From IMG/VR virus record IMGVR_UViG_3300023174_000228, positions 1-52,514 of that record: a stretch of DNA of 52,514 nucleotides; one strand, 5' to 3'. The notes beneath the pieces are model-generated. The model was not told the DNA's origin, ran no database searches, and saw only the letters and a list, made by a program, of their open reading frames with translations. This DNA is from a virus. Its lineage: Duplodnaviria; Caudoviricetes. Shown one piece after another: positions 38,209 to 47,657 of this stretch. Position 1 is the stretch's first letter; each line of letters starts with the position of its first letter. Made by a program: the position numbers and the translations under genes.

Positions 38209-38433
38209 TTAGTTTTCCAAAAGATCATCCACACCATCTCGATCTTTGTCATGATATTCGCTGGGATCACGCACAAACACCTGTTTGGCTTCTAAAAATT
38301 CTTCAGTTTCTTGAACTTCTTTGGTATAATAAACATCAAGATTTTCATTATTTTTCGAAAATAAAAATCGAAAAAGAACAAAAATAACCGAAACAAACAA
38401 ACATGTTGCTAAAAATAAATACAACCAGAACAT
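38209..38433 (-). CDS. Small membrane-anchored protein
   Basis: N-terminal TM; DKDRDGVDD tail. Confidence 0.6.
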   Translation of the reverse strand: MFWLYLFLATCLFVSVIFVLFRFLFSKNNENLDVYYTKEVQETEEFLEAKQVFVRDPSEYHDKDRDGVDDLLEN

Positions 38434-38434
38434 A

Positions 38435-39592
38435 TTAATGTTGTAGTAGGAATGTGTATTTAACATCCCTTCGTTGTGCAGGTCTATCACTATCCCCAGA
38501 AGGTAATACAATTACATTGTATTGGAATTTTTCACCTTCTTCTGAAGGAAGTTCGTCCGTATATTTTAAAGAATCATATGTTAAATTTGTTACACCTTCA
38601 ACTTTGTTGTCTTTATAGTTATTATATATTATTTGTTTAAGATCATCTCTTCCTGTGTTTTCGTTTTTAAATAAACTTTTACCATTTTTATCTTTTTTAT
38701 AACCAGATCCTGACGGAACAAAAATACCTTTAAAAATTTGTTTATCCACAATTTCAGAATATTTTACATCATCTGAACCCATTTTTTCCTTTTCACTGGA
38801 TTTTGCACCAGATGAAAAATTCATGACAATTCCATTTTCTTCACCTGCTTTAATATATTTTGCAATTTTAGTATATGCATAGGATTCAACATTATATTTT
38901 GATTGTAATTTTCTTGTTACATTTAAAACTATATTAAAATAAACATCCGAGAACAAATCTCCTGCATCGTTCCATCTTAATTTAAGTTGTTTATTTTGTT
39001 GGTTTGCTTGAACTGCATAAAGTTCTGCTTCATTATAAGCGATACGTTCATATTCTTCAGGATCATTCATCATAAGCTGAAGCCTTCTTACCAACTTCAT
39101 ATTTTTCTCATCACTGATTATGTAAAAACCTTTCATGGCATAACAAATTTTTGCACAGTCACCAGCTCCAGGACATGTGTTTATCACATAAAATTCTTTA
39201 TTATCAGTATCCCATAAAACAGCTCGAAGAGCAGGTATTCCAGTATTGATTGTAATTGAACTTTCATCCGCACTATGTTTTGATTTTTCTCCAATATCAA
39301 ATATTGTTTTGGGACGTTCTGAAATATTTTTGATAAATTGTTCAATATTAATTCTTCCTTCTTCTGTGGGTATATTTCCTTTGCTTATTCTTGGAAAATT
39401 TGTTTTTGCTTTGGGTCTTTCTTTTTCAGGTAATTTAAGTCTTTCCAATTCAGAATTAAGTTCATCTGCAACTTGATCAGGACTCAAACATATTTTTTGC
39501 ACATCTTTAAATTTTTCCCAGTCCACTTCATTTAATAATTGCATTTTATTTGCAAAATATGATTCGTATATGAGATGTGAATCCCTGTCCAT
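38435..39592 (-). CDS. Gp88-like (radical-SAM-like Cys motif) protein with N-terminal leader
   Basis: TCPGAGDCAKICYA, RWNDAGD, YAYTK; TAAATA-N5-ATG. Confidence 0.75.
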   Translation of the reverse strand: MDRDSHLIYESYFANKMQLLNEVDWEKFKDVQKICLSPDQVADELNSELERLKLPEKERPKAKTNFPRISKGNIPTEEGRINIEQFIKNISERPKTIFDIGEKSKHSADESSITINTGIPALRAVLWDTDNKEFYVINTCPGAGDCAKICYAMKGFYIISDEKNMKLVRRLQLMMNDPEEYERIAYNEAELYAVQANQQNKQLKLRWNDAGDLFSDVYFNIVLNVTRKLQSKYNVESYAYTKIAKYIKAGEENGIVMNFSSGAKSSEKEKMGSDDVKYSEIVDKQIFKGIFVPSGSGYKKDKNGKSLFKNENTGRDDLKQIIYNNYKDNKVEGVTNLTYDSLKYTDELPSEEGEKFQYNVIVLPSGDSDRPAQRRDVKYTFLLQH

Positions 39593-39597
39593 TCTAT

Positions 39598-39619
39598 TAT
39601 TTAATTATTTTTATAAATA
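39598..39619. promoter_or_regulatory. Back-to-back late promoters
   Basis: TAAATA on the minus strand (39598-39603) and TATAAATA on the plus strand (39612-39619), each 5 nt from an ATG. Confidence 0.75.
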
Positions 39620-39624
39620 TTATA

Positions 39625-40071
39625 ATGAGAAAAATATTTGCATTATTTGCAATATCAGGCATTTGCTGTGCTGAACCAACCAATAAAACAAATCTTTATG
39701 ATTGGAAGATACTAAAATATGTGGATGGTGATACAGTTGAAGTACAAGCAGATTTTCTACCAGTTGAACTGGGCAATCATTTATTATTAAGAATATATGG
39801 GGTGGATACTCCTGAAAAAGGATGGAGGGCTCAAAGCGATCATGAAAGACAGATGGGAGAACAGGCAAGTGCTTTTACCAAGAATCTTTTACAAAATGCT
39901 AAAGTTATTAAAATTCAGGTAATATGCTGGGACAAATATGGAGGCAGATTATTGGGAGATGTGATAATTGATGATAAAAGTCTTCGACAACTATTGCTTG
40001 AAAACAAATATGCCCGGGAATATTATGGAAACAAGAAAGAAAGCTGGGACGATTATGACAACAGTAAATGA
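39625..40071 (+). CDS. Thermonuclease (SNase family) with signal peptide
   Basis: VDGDT, RIYGVDTPE, DKYGGRLL; hydrophobic N-terminus. Confidence 0.9.
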   Translation: MRKIFALFAISGICCAEPTNKTNLYDWKILKYVDGDTVEVQADFLPVELGNHLLLRIYGVDTPEKGWRAQSDHERQMGEQASAFTKNLLQNAKVIKIQVICWDKYGGRLLGDVIIDDKSLRQLLLENKYAREYYGNKKESWDDYDNSK

Positions 40072-40154
40072 ACCATTATCAGGCATGGATGAATATGTGG
40101 AAGATCTGAGCGATTATTTTGGAGATAATCCAAACAAAAATTTATATAAAAATA

Positions 40155-40286
40155 TCAGTTAACGTATCCGCCCGCTCTCAAATCCTGGGAATCTTCCATC
40201 ATGCCTGGACGAATTGTTTTTCTGTAATTATCAGTTGAAGAGCATCCAGCGATTGTAAAAAGCAAACCCAGTATAAACCATCTCAT
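40155..40286 (-). CDS. Small lipoprotein (43 aa, not in the ORF track)
   Basis: MRWFILGLLFTIAG/CSSTDN; ATGA overlap with the upstream ORF. Confidence 0.6.
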   Translation of the reverse strand: MRWFILGLLFTIAGCSSTDNYRKTIRPGMMEDSQDLRAGGYVN

Positions 40287-40438
40287 TTTTGAATTTGAGA
40301 TCCGGGAGGAGCATAAGCTTCTACCGGTAGATTTTCTCCAATATAACCAATTTGCATTTCAGTTTTGGTTTTGGAATCAATACCGAAGATTTCCCAACCA
40401 CCATCTTTGTGCTTTTTAATTTTGTATGTATCGCTCAT
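40283..40438 (-). CDS. Small hypothetical protein (51 aa, not in the ORF track)
   Basis: MSDTYKIKKHKDGGWEIFG...; preceded by TTGACA-N16-TATAAA-N6. Confidence 0.65.
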   Translation of the reverse strand: MSDTYKIKKHKDGGWEIFGIDSKTKTEMQIGYIGENLPVEAYAPPGSQIQK

Positions 40439-40525
40439 AATTCGTTTATAAAGTATGTTTACTGTTTGTCAATTTAATATATTATAATATATATTTACAA
40501 AAATAATTGTTACATAAATAGTTAG

Positions 40526-43500
40526 ATGCAGAATCCTTTAGAGAATTTCCTGTTGAATCTGGCTGAAAAGATTCAAACTGAAAAGGAATATAAAGAGATT
40601 GTAAAAAATTCAGAAAGCGTTGATGTTAATAAAGATGTGTTCGCTGGCTTTATTGAAGGAATAGCCAACACAATAAAAGAAAATGTAAAGAATGAACCAA
40701 CTGAAGAAAAGCCTTCTGAACCAGATCCCTTGGAAAATTTCCTTTCAACTTTGGGTGAAAAATTAAAGAACCTGCCTGAAAAGAAAAAAGAGGAAGAAAC
40801 AATAAAACAAGAAGAACCTGTTAAAGAAAATCAACCAGTAAAACAAAAAGAACCAGTTGAAGAACCAAAACCAGTTGAAACCAAACCTGAAAACGAACCA
40901 ATCAAATCAGAAGAAAATGAAACACCAGATGCATTTGCAGGATTTGTAAACAATCTTGCAAACATATTAAAGAAAACACCTGAACAAAAAATAGAACAAC
41001 CTGTTGAAAATGAAAAACCAAAAGAACAAGTTAATGATTATGTAAAAGTATTATCCAATAACAAAAAGGTTAAAACACCTGAAATCAAGAATGTTGAAAA
41101 GAAACCAGAAGAAAATGAAGAAACACCAGACATCAAGAAATTTGTGGCAAATTTTGTTACAAAAGAATTGGAGTCATTTAAAAATGATCTGACCGAAAAG
41201 TATCTGAAGAAAGCAGCAGTACTGAGTGAATATGCCGGAGGAGGTGGAACCAATGCTGTTCAATATGCAAATGGAGGGGTCATGAATGGTGACCTGAATG
41301 TTAATGGTCACATACTCTCTGGTGGTAGAGATATATCTAATTTCTTTGGAAATGGTGGAGGGGGCGGTACTCAAACTCTTTCATTCAATCCAAGTAATGC
41401 AGATCTTTCTATCAGTGGTGGAAATACAGTTAGTTTATCTGCATTAAGTGGAGGTGGAGGTAGTCCTACAGATAGATTAGTTAGCGGGTCTTTCTTGGTG
41501 GTACTGAGTAGTGATGGTACCACAACTATTCCTGGTTTATTAACAGTACCTAATTTATCAGGAGGAGCTATTCTTACTGCTGCAGGTTATGATGATATCG
41601 AAGGTTTTTATGGCCAATCAAATATTCCAGTTATTCAAAATGGTATAAATGGTACCATTGATATAAGCAATGTTGGCGTAGTAACTGTGTCAAATTCAGG
41701 CGAAAATTATACAAATGGCATAGCTATTATAGGAGGCGGTACAAGAATTATAATTTCAGTAACTTCACCCGGATGGGTGTATAATTCTAATGGTTCTATT
41801 ACATTTCCAAATGGCTCCACACAAACAACAGCATTTACAGGCAATCCAGATTCAAGTAAATGGGATAGTAATTATACCACAACAAATTCAAATAGTGCTA
41901 GTTGGTCTAGTGTTTATACAAATGTAAATTCAAACAGCTCTAATTATGCTCTTACAAATACTAATGTAATTTTTCAAAACAACGTAACTGTATTGGGTAA
42001 TTTAACTGCTAAAGGAACAGCTACATTTGCCAACACAATATTCACCACAACTAGTGCATTAAGCGTCGTTAATACAGGACCGGGACCTGCGTTATATGTG
42101 TTTCAAGCAGCAGGTCCTTATGATGTGGCTAGTTTTTATGATGGAGATGGAATTGAAGTGTTGCATGTGGGCAATGCTAATCCAGGTGGCAAAGGATTTG
42201 TTGGTATTAATGAAAGTTTTCCTGGTACTGAACTTACAGTTAATGGTGCTATTAGCAGTAATAGAACTATTACAGTTCTAGGTGGCAACAGCAATCAATG
42301 GAACAGCAATTATACCACTTCCAATACTAATAGTGCAAGATGGGAATCTGCCTACACTTCTTTTAATGCTAATTCCGGTAAATACGATTCTAACTACACT
42401 ACAACTAATTCGAACAGTGCTAATTGGTCTCAAGCTTATACCAATTTAACATCCAATTCGGCTGCTTATCTTTCTGGTGTAAATATTAGTTTACTAGCTA
42501 CTACTTCAGCATCATGGAATAGTGTTTATAGTACAACACAGAACAATAGTGCCATATGGTCTTCTGTATATACTTCATTCAATACTAACTCTGCAAAATA
42601 CGATTCTAATTATACCACAGTAAATTCTAATAGTGCCAATTGGAATTCAGGTTACAATGCATATACTCAATTAAACAGTATTAGTGCTTCTATTATTGTT
42701 GATGGCGGTAATACTCGTGCTTCTGATATTAATATTGGAACTAATGATAATTATAACTTATTTCTAGAAACAAACAATTCAAAAAATGTTGTTATAACAC
42801 GCACAGGCAATGTAGGTATAGGTACGCCAGTCACAACAATAGCATCAAATCAAGATTTAATCGGATATAATTTCTTCTCTTTAATTAACAGTTTAGCTTC
42901 TACAGCTTCCCCAGGGTTAGCTGCTAGTACTATTGCTGCAGGCTTAATGACTAGAGCAGCAGGTATTAATGGATTTGCATCTATAGCAGGTTGGGGATCA
43001 CAAGGCTATAGTACGGGATCCGTTGATATAGCATCAGCAATTACAAACACAGAGTACTATACAATTCCAATATACTCAACACAAAATACCACTATAATAT
43101 TAAAATCATTAAATGCATTTTTTGTAGATAGATCTCCATCTGGTCCAACAAATATGGGATTTCTTTATGGTACCTCTAGCAATCCTTTACTCGCTAATGC
43201 TCTTGCTATTACCCCGCTTCCTGCAACTCCTACCAATATTAATACAGGTATTAATCAAGCTTTGACTGCAAACCCTATAACAATTACCCCAGGCACAACT
43301 GGCTACATGTTCCTGGTACCATATGGAGCTACAGCAGGAGGTGGGCGATTGATATTTCAAAGCACTTACCCTGCAGGAAATGCAAATGATTTAAGCTTTA
43401 TAGGCACAATAACAGATGAACCATATAATAAACTCATAGTTGCGGGTACACTATCAGCAAATATAATAGATATCAACATGTTAAAAGCTCAATCAACTGT

Positions 43501-43588
43501 GCCTGTTGCAGGTACCAGAACATTAACATCATTATTTTTATCTATAACTGTAGGAACTAGTAGTTTGTATATTCCGCTATATAAATAA
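40526..43588 (+). CDS. Large fibre-like virion protein
   Basis: Charged N-terminal ~235 aa, Gly-rich linkers, W/Y 14-aa repeats, GNVGIGT motifs; TAAATA-N5-ATG. Confidence 0.8.
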   Translation: MQNPLENFLLNLAEKIQTEKEYKEIVKNSESVDVNKDVFAGFIEGIANTIKENVKNEPTEEKPSEPDPLENFLSTLGEKLKNLPEKKKEEETIKQEEPVKENQPVKQKEPVEEPKPVETKPENEPIKSEENETPDAFAGFVNNLANILKKTPEQKIEQPVENEKPKEQVNDYVKVLSNNKKVKTPEIKNVEKKPEENEETPDIKKFVANFVTKELESFKNDLTEKYLKKAAVLSEYAGGGGTNAVQYANGGVMNGDLNVNGHILSGGRDISNFFGNGGGGGTQTLSFNPSNADLSISGGNTVSLSALSGGGGSPTDRLVSGSFLVVLSSDGTTTIPGLLTVPNLSGGAILTAAGYDDIEGFYGQSNIPVIQNGINGTIDISNVGVVTVSNSGENYTNGIAIIGGGTRIIISVTSPGWVYNSNGSITFPNGSTQTTAFTGNPDSSKWDSNYTTTNSNSASWSSVYTNVNSNSSNYALTNTNVIFQNNVTVLGNLTAKGTATFANTIFTTTSALSVVNTGPGPALYVFQAAGPYDVASFYDGDGIEVLHVGNANPGGKGFVGINESFPGTELTVNGAISSNRTITVLGGNSNQWNSNYTTSNTNSARWESAYTSFNANSGKYDSNYTTTNSNSANWSQAYTNLTSNSAAYLSGVNISLLATTSASWNSVYSTTQNNSAIWSSVYTSFNTNSAKYDSNYTTVNSNSANWNSGYNAYTQLNSISASIIVDGGNTRASDINIGTNDNYNLFLETNNSKNVVITRTGNVGIGTPVTTIASNQDLIGYNFFSLINSLASTASPGLAASTIAAGLMTRAAGINGFASIAGWGSQGYSTGSVDIASAITNTEYYTIPIYSTQNTTIILKSLNAFFVDRSPSGPTNMGFLYGTSSNPLLANALAITPLPATPTNINTGINQALTANPITITPGTTGYMFLVPYGATAGGGRLIFQSTYPAGNANDLSFIGTITDEPYNKLIVAGTLSANIIDINMLKAQSTVPVAGTRTLTSLFLSITVGTSSLYIPLYK

Positions 43589-43603
43589 TATTATACGAAA
43601 AGC

Positions 43604-44089
43604 TTGTATAGCTTCTGTAAGAGATTAATTAAACCACTTGTTATATTAGGTGTTTTTAGTGCTATAACCTACGTCTCCTTCATTGTTGGTATATTAGAAG
43701 GTAAACGTGTATACGGTACATCTTCTAAGTTTTATACAGATTTGCCCAATTCCTGTTTTATTGAAGCTTTGATACATTCTTCTCGTGCCAGTCTAATTTT
43801 AAAGAGCGATGTACATGCATATTCGTCAATATACGGGTTCACGTACTATCTTGGAGATGATAAAAATAATAAACAGATATTTGGACATGCTGTTTCAATA
43901 TTTGAATATAAAAACAAATTATGGATATATGATCCAGTATGGGGAACCATGCTTGTGGGCAAAGCTACTGCTAGAAGTCAATATGAAAGAATGTGCACAG
44001 AGTTTATTGAGAAATGTTATAGATACAAAATCAAAAAATGCTTTGTAGTGGATGATTGGTCTGTTCCTGCCTATCAGGATAAAGAATAA
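43604..44089 (+). CDS. Membrane-anchored papain/transglutaminase-like protein
   Basis: N-terminal TM; NSC...GHAV...IYDP candidate Cys-His-Asp triad. Confidence 0.55.
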   Translation: MYSFCKRLIKPLVILGVFSAITYVSFIVGILEGKRVYGTSSKFYTDLPNSCFIEALIHSSRASLILKSDVHAYSSIYGFTYYLGDDKNNKQIFGHAVSIFEYKNKLWIYDPVWGTMLVGKATARSQYERMCTEFIEKCYRYKIKKCFVVDDWSVPAYQDKE

Positions 44090-44095
44090 TTGAAA

Positions 44096-44332
44096 CTAAA
44101 AATCGTTATAAAAAATCTTAAGAATAAAATGGATTAACAATCCAAGTGTGCCCAAAAATATTAATGATGTTAAAACTTGTTTTATAGGATGATCATTACC
44201 TAATCTATTCCAAATATCAGTTACATGATAATAGTAATCTCTCATACACTTATCTTTGTTTAAAAAATTGAATGGCATATTATATGTTATTCGTGAATGA
44301 TAAAAATTGAATATCTTCCATGTCCAAGACAC
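44096..44332 (-). CDS. Small membrane protein; start uncertain
   Basis: C-terminal TM segment. Confidence 0.45.
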   Translation of the reverse strand: MSWTWKIFNFYHSRITYNMPFNFLNKDKCMRDYYYHVTDIWNRLGNDHPIKQVLTSLIFLGTLGLLIHFILKIFYNDF

Positions 44333-44754
44333 TGATAATAATATCTAAACTTTTCTTCACCCTGCACATATACTCCCCATACATCAGCTTCAAAATATTC
44401 TTTTAAATGCAGTGTTTGTGATTTTTCTTTGACATGCTCTCTAATAAAATTAGTAACCTCTCTTACATCTCCTTCAAACACCACTGTTTTGCCATGTGTA
44501 TTATGTTGTGCCATTTTATCTCCTGAAGCTGTATCTATGTCCAATCTATTACCATTATTTATAGCTGAATAGCAGAGACACGCAACTATAAAGATTGCAA
44601 AACCAGAACCAATTTTGCAAACTGCTCTTCTGATGTTCTGCCTCTTATGATACCTTTTATAAGTAGGCAGAAAATTATCAAAATAAACTGAGGAAGGTGT
44701 ATTAAGATTTGCAGCAGTCTTAATAGCCTGTGATAAAGACATATCTTGGTTCAT
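44287..44754 (-). CDS. Single-TM hypothetical protein
   Basis: 155-aa ORF with a central TM segment. Confidence 0.65.
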   Translation of the reverse strand: MNQDMSLSQAIKTAANLNTPSSVYFDNFLPTYKRYHKRQNIRRAVCKIGSGFAIFIVACLCYSAINNGNRLDIDTASGDKMAQHNTHGKTVVFEGDVREVTNFIREHVKEKSQTLHLKEYFEADVWGVYVQGEEKFRYYYQCLGHGRYSIFIIHE

Positions 44755-44876
44755 TTCTTTCTAGCTAATCTTAGACCAATTAATGCTATTATTCCAGCAC
44801 CAAAAAGTACACCATTTTTTACTTGTATTGATATACATATTATAATTTATATTAAAAATAAAACAAATTATATAAT

Positions 44877-45041
44877 TTAATATTTAAAAATAATAGTCTT
44901 TGCCCTCAGATTAGGATCCTGCATGCCATCTGGACTGTCTAAGAGATTATATTCGCTGGTGTTCTTTTCAGGGTCATGAACGACATAACTGTTGTCAGTT
45001 GCACATCCAGCTAAAAGAAAACAGAATATAAGTTTCTTCAC
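44877..45041 (-). CDS. Small lipoprotein
   Basis: TAAATA-N5-GTG; KKLIFCFLLAG/CATDN lipobox. Confidence 0.65.
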   Translation of the reverse strand: MKKLIFCFLLAGCATDNSYVVHDPEKNTSEYNLLDSPDGMQDPNLRAKTIIFKY

Positions 45042-45093
45042 ATTTTTATTTAAAACATGTCTATTAAAATCAATATTTGTTAAATAATTGAGA

Positions 45094-45372
45094 ATGAACA
45101 GGATAATTGAATATTTTAAAAATATGAAAAGGTGTAACAAAACTTTTTATATGCTGTTCATACCGGCCATGCTTTATACAATATGGGGCATGATCGAATT
45201 ATATACCACTTACTTTAATATGCTTACAGCAGAAGATCACTTACAATTCTTCTTGAGAATATTCTTTCCTATCAGCTTGGGATTATTTATAACCAGCTTG
45301 GAACGGCGCAAAAGATTGAGGGAAAATGCAGAACTGAAAACAAAGATTGAAAAATATTTGAATGGTCAGTAA
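45094..45372 (+). CDS. Two-TM membrane protein
   Basis: Two hydrophobic segments, basic tail. Confidence 0.65.
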   Translation: MNRIIEYFKNMKRCNKTFYMLFIPAMLYTIWGMIELYTTYFNMLTAEDHLQFFLRIFFPISLGLFITSLERRKRLRENAELKTKIEKYLNGQ

Positions 45373-45460
45373 CGCACAATCACACTCAACACATAAAACA
45401 AAACCCCGGTACAAATAAGAAAACTCACCAGATCCATAAAATTATTTAATAAATACTAAT

Positions 45461-45700
45461 ATGCGATATGATCAATTGGTTGAAAGTTTGTTGAATGGAT
45501 TGGCTGCTGGTAAAACTGAAAAGCAGATTGCCGACAAGCATGGTGTGAGTGTTGAGAGAGTTATGAAAGAATTGCAACAGGGAACAGACGTGGAAATGGA
45601 GCATACCAAATGTCCCAAAATTGCTAGGCAGATAGCAAGTGATCATTTGTGGGAACGTCCTGATTATTATATAAAATTAAAACAAGTTGAAGCAAAATAG
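45461..45700 (+). CDS. DUF5661-like protein
   Basis: G..VEMEHT...A..IA.DHL.E.PDYY.KL; TAAATA-N5-ATG. Confidence 0.8.
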   Translation: MRYDQLVESLLNGLAAGKTEKQIADKHGVSVERVMKELQQGTDVEMEHTKCPKIARQIASDHLWERPDYYIKLKQVEAK

Positions 45701-45727
45701 TTGACAACCATATCTTCATGATATGAT
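45701..45727 (+). promoter_or_regulatory. Sigma70-like promoter
   Basis: TTGACA-N15-TATGAT (TG extension)-N6-ATG (45734). Confidence 0.65.
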
Positions 45728-45733
45728 CGGTGG

Positions 45734-46027
45734 ATGAAGTACTCAATTCAAAGCAAAGATAAGGAAAGCATGGTGGAATTCAGCAAGGTAAAACCTGGAG
45801 AAGTTTTTAGCTTCTTTGACCATGAAAGTCTGCAACGGGCTAATCATAACGTTTATATGAAAATGTATACATCAGGAAAAAACAGTTACGAACATGAACT
45901 TGTGGATCTTACTGATGGAAAAACTTATAATTTTAGTGAAAAGAAGCGGGTAACTTTGAATGATCCTGATGAATCGCAAGCCAACAAAGTATATGTTTTA
46001 AATACAAAATTAAACATTACCATTTAA
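45734..46027 (+). CDS. Hypothetical protein
   Basis: 97-aa ORF behind a promoter. Confidence 0.75.
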   Translation: MKYSIQSKDKESMVEFSKVKPGEVFSFFDHESLQRANHNVYMKMYTSGKNSYEHELVDLTDGKTYNFSEKKRVTLNDPDESQANKVYVLNTKLNITI

Positions 46028-46076
46028 AATAAACGATATAAGTCTTTTTATTTCATATAAAAAGATAAATAATTGT

Positions 46077-46445
46077 ATGCGTAAAACTGATATTGATATG
46101 TTTTCAAAATATGTCGAAAGCCGCAGAATTATAAAAGAATCTTCGGAAGAGGAATTTCGCAATAAAATGATGGGTTATGCTAAAGCCTTGGGTCATTTGG
46201 AAGGTGTTTTGAAATATGAACTGCAACGACTTAAAGGTGCGCAAGTTGAACTGAATAGTCCAGAAATCAATCGGTCAATCAAAAGTCTTCAAGATGGATT
46301 GAATAGTGCAAAACAAATGACAGAAACATCTGGTCCTGAAACAAAGCAAGAAGAAGAAGAAAAACCTGAAAATAATGTAAAAGATATGAATCCGGAAGAA
46401 GCTTTGCAAAAATACGTGGAACTGCAAGATTTAAAAGTAAAATAA
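46077..46445 (+). CDS. Hypothetical late protein
   Basis: TAAATA-N5-ATG. Confidence 0.75.
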   Translation: MRKTDIDMFSKYVESRRIIKESSEEEFRNKMMGYAKALGHLEGVLKYELQRLKGAQVELNSPEINRSIKSLQDGLNSAKQMTETSGPETKQEEEEKPENNVKDMNPEEALQKYVELQDLKVK

Positions 46446-46481
46446 ATTGATATATTAAAGATCCAGTTATACTGGAGGGGT

Positions 46482-46625
46482 ATGAAAGAAAACGACAGTG
46501 AACTAAGAGACATTTTTGCATGCATTGCATTACATGCCATCATCATGCAAAAGGGTTATACTGAAACATCTTGTACAGAATCTTATAAAATAGCTGATCA
46601 GATGTTGGTTGAGCGGGACAAATAA
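46482..46625 (+). CDS. Small phage protein (47 aa, not in the ORF track)
   Basis: LRDIFA..AL....SYKIADQML..R matches a common phage motif. Confidence 0.65.
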   Translation: MKENDSELRDIFACIALHAIIMQKGYTETSCTESYKIADQMLVERDK

Positions 46626-47467
46626 TGTCCGAAATAAGTTTAGTTGATACTTTCAGCTTCAACGGCGAACCTGTTGTTCAGCTTCGGTTGAGGTATCTAT
46701 ATCCTCATGTTGATCGATTCTTTATTGTGGAATCTTGGATCACTCATTCCGGAAACAAAAAAGATTTACTATATAAAGACAAGTTTGCTGAATGGTTTGA
46801 GCCTTACAAAGACAAAATAGAATGGGTCATACTGGATAGTTTTCCCAGCATGACAAAAGAATGGAAAGAGGAACATCAATATCATGATTGGATGTTGGAT
46901 AATCATGAGCATTGGTATCGAGAATCTTTCCAAAGAAATGCCAGTCAACAATTGATTCAACAAATGTACAGAGGTAAAAGATACATGGTGTTTGTTTGTG
47001 ATGCGGATGAAATACCTAATGTGATGCATTGGAATCAGGAGGAACGAACAAAAATATATGATGCGGTCAATGATCCTGTTTATTTGCCCATGATTTTCTT
47101 TCATTACAATTTCAATTGGGTATATCCTTATCTTTGGGAAAACCGGGCATATGTGGTAAAAGATTCAAATTTGATAAAAGATTTTAATTATTACAGAATC
47201 ACACATCCTTACACAAAAGAATGTAAAAGAATAACCATGAGTCAGGGTGGATGGCATTTGAGTTATTTTATGGAAATAAAAGATATCAAGAGAAAACTGC
47301 AAAGCATTGCCCATCGGGAATGTGACAATATACTCAGTGAACAAGACATAATAGATTTTGTAAATAATGGAAAAAATCCGGCAGGTTTGGGCAGGGCTGA
47401 TGTTATTGATTTCAAGCCCACACCAGAAGAAATATTTCAAAAATTACCATTTATTATTAAAAAATAA
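46625..47467 (+). CDS. Glycosyltransferase family 17 (beta-1,4-GlcNAc transferase-like)
   Basis: F.FNGE..LRL..L..HVD.F.IVES..THSG, RE.FQRN, DADEIP, GGWHLSYF. Confidence 0.85.
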   Translation: MSEISLVDTFSFNGEPVVQLRLRYLYPHVDRFFIVESWITHSGNKKDLLYKDKFAEWFEPYKDKIEWVILDSFPSMTKEWKEEHQYHDWMLDNHEHWYRESFQRNASQQLIQQMYRGKRYMVFVCDADEIPNVMHWNQEERTKIYDAVNDPVYLPMIFFHYNFNWVYPYLWENRAYVVKDSNLIKDFNYYRITHPYTKECKRITMSQGGWHLSYFMEIKDIKRKLQSIAHRECDNILSEQDIIDFVNNGKNPAGLGRADVIDFKPTPEEIFQKLPFIIKK

Positions 47468-47495
47468 GTTTATATGTAAAAGATTAAATAACTAT

Positions 47496-47657
47496 ATGAG
47501 CGAAAAGAAGAAAAAGAAGAAGGTGAATCGTCTGAATCTGAAAGAATGTGAAGAGATTATAAAACGTTTGGGGGGTCAGCTGGAATGTCAATATCTTCAA
47601 CAAGTGATGAATCAATACAATAAGCTTGTTGCGCTTAAAGAATTTAATAAAAAATAA
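47496..47657 (+). CDS. Small basic protein
   Basis: TAAATA-N5-ATG. Confidence 0.65.
   Translation: MSEKKKKKKVNRLNLKECEEIIKRLGGQLECQYLQQVMNQYNKLVALKEFNKK

Noticed and set aside
1-43588. Diversity-generating retroelement acting on the fibre genes
   Set aside because: No reverse transcriptase, and no repeat pair differing only at adenines was seen
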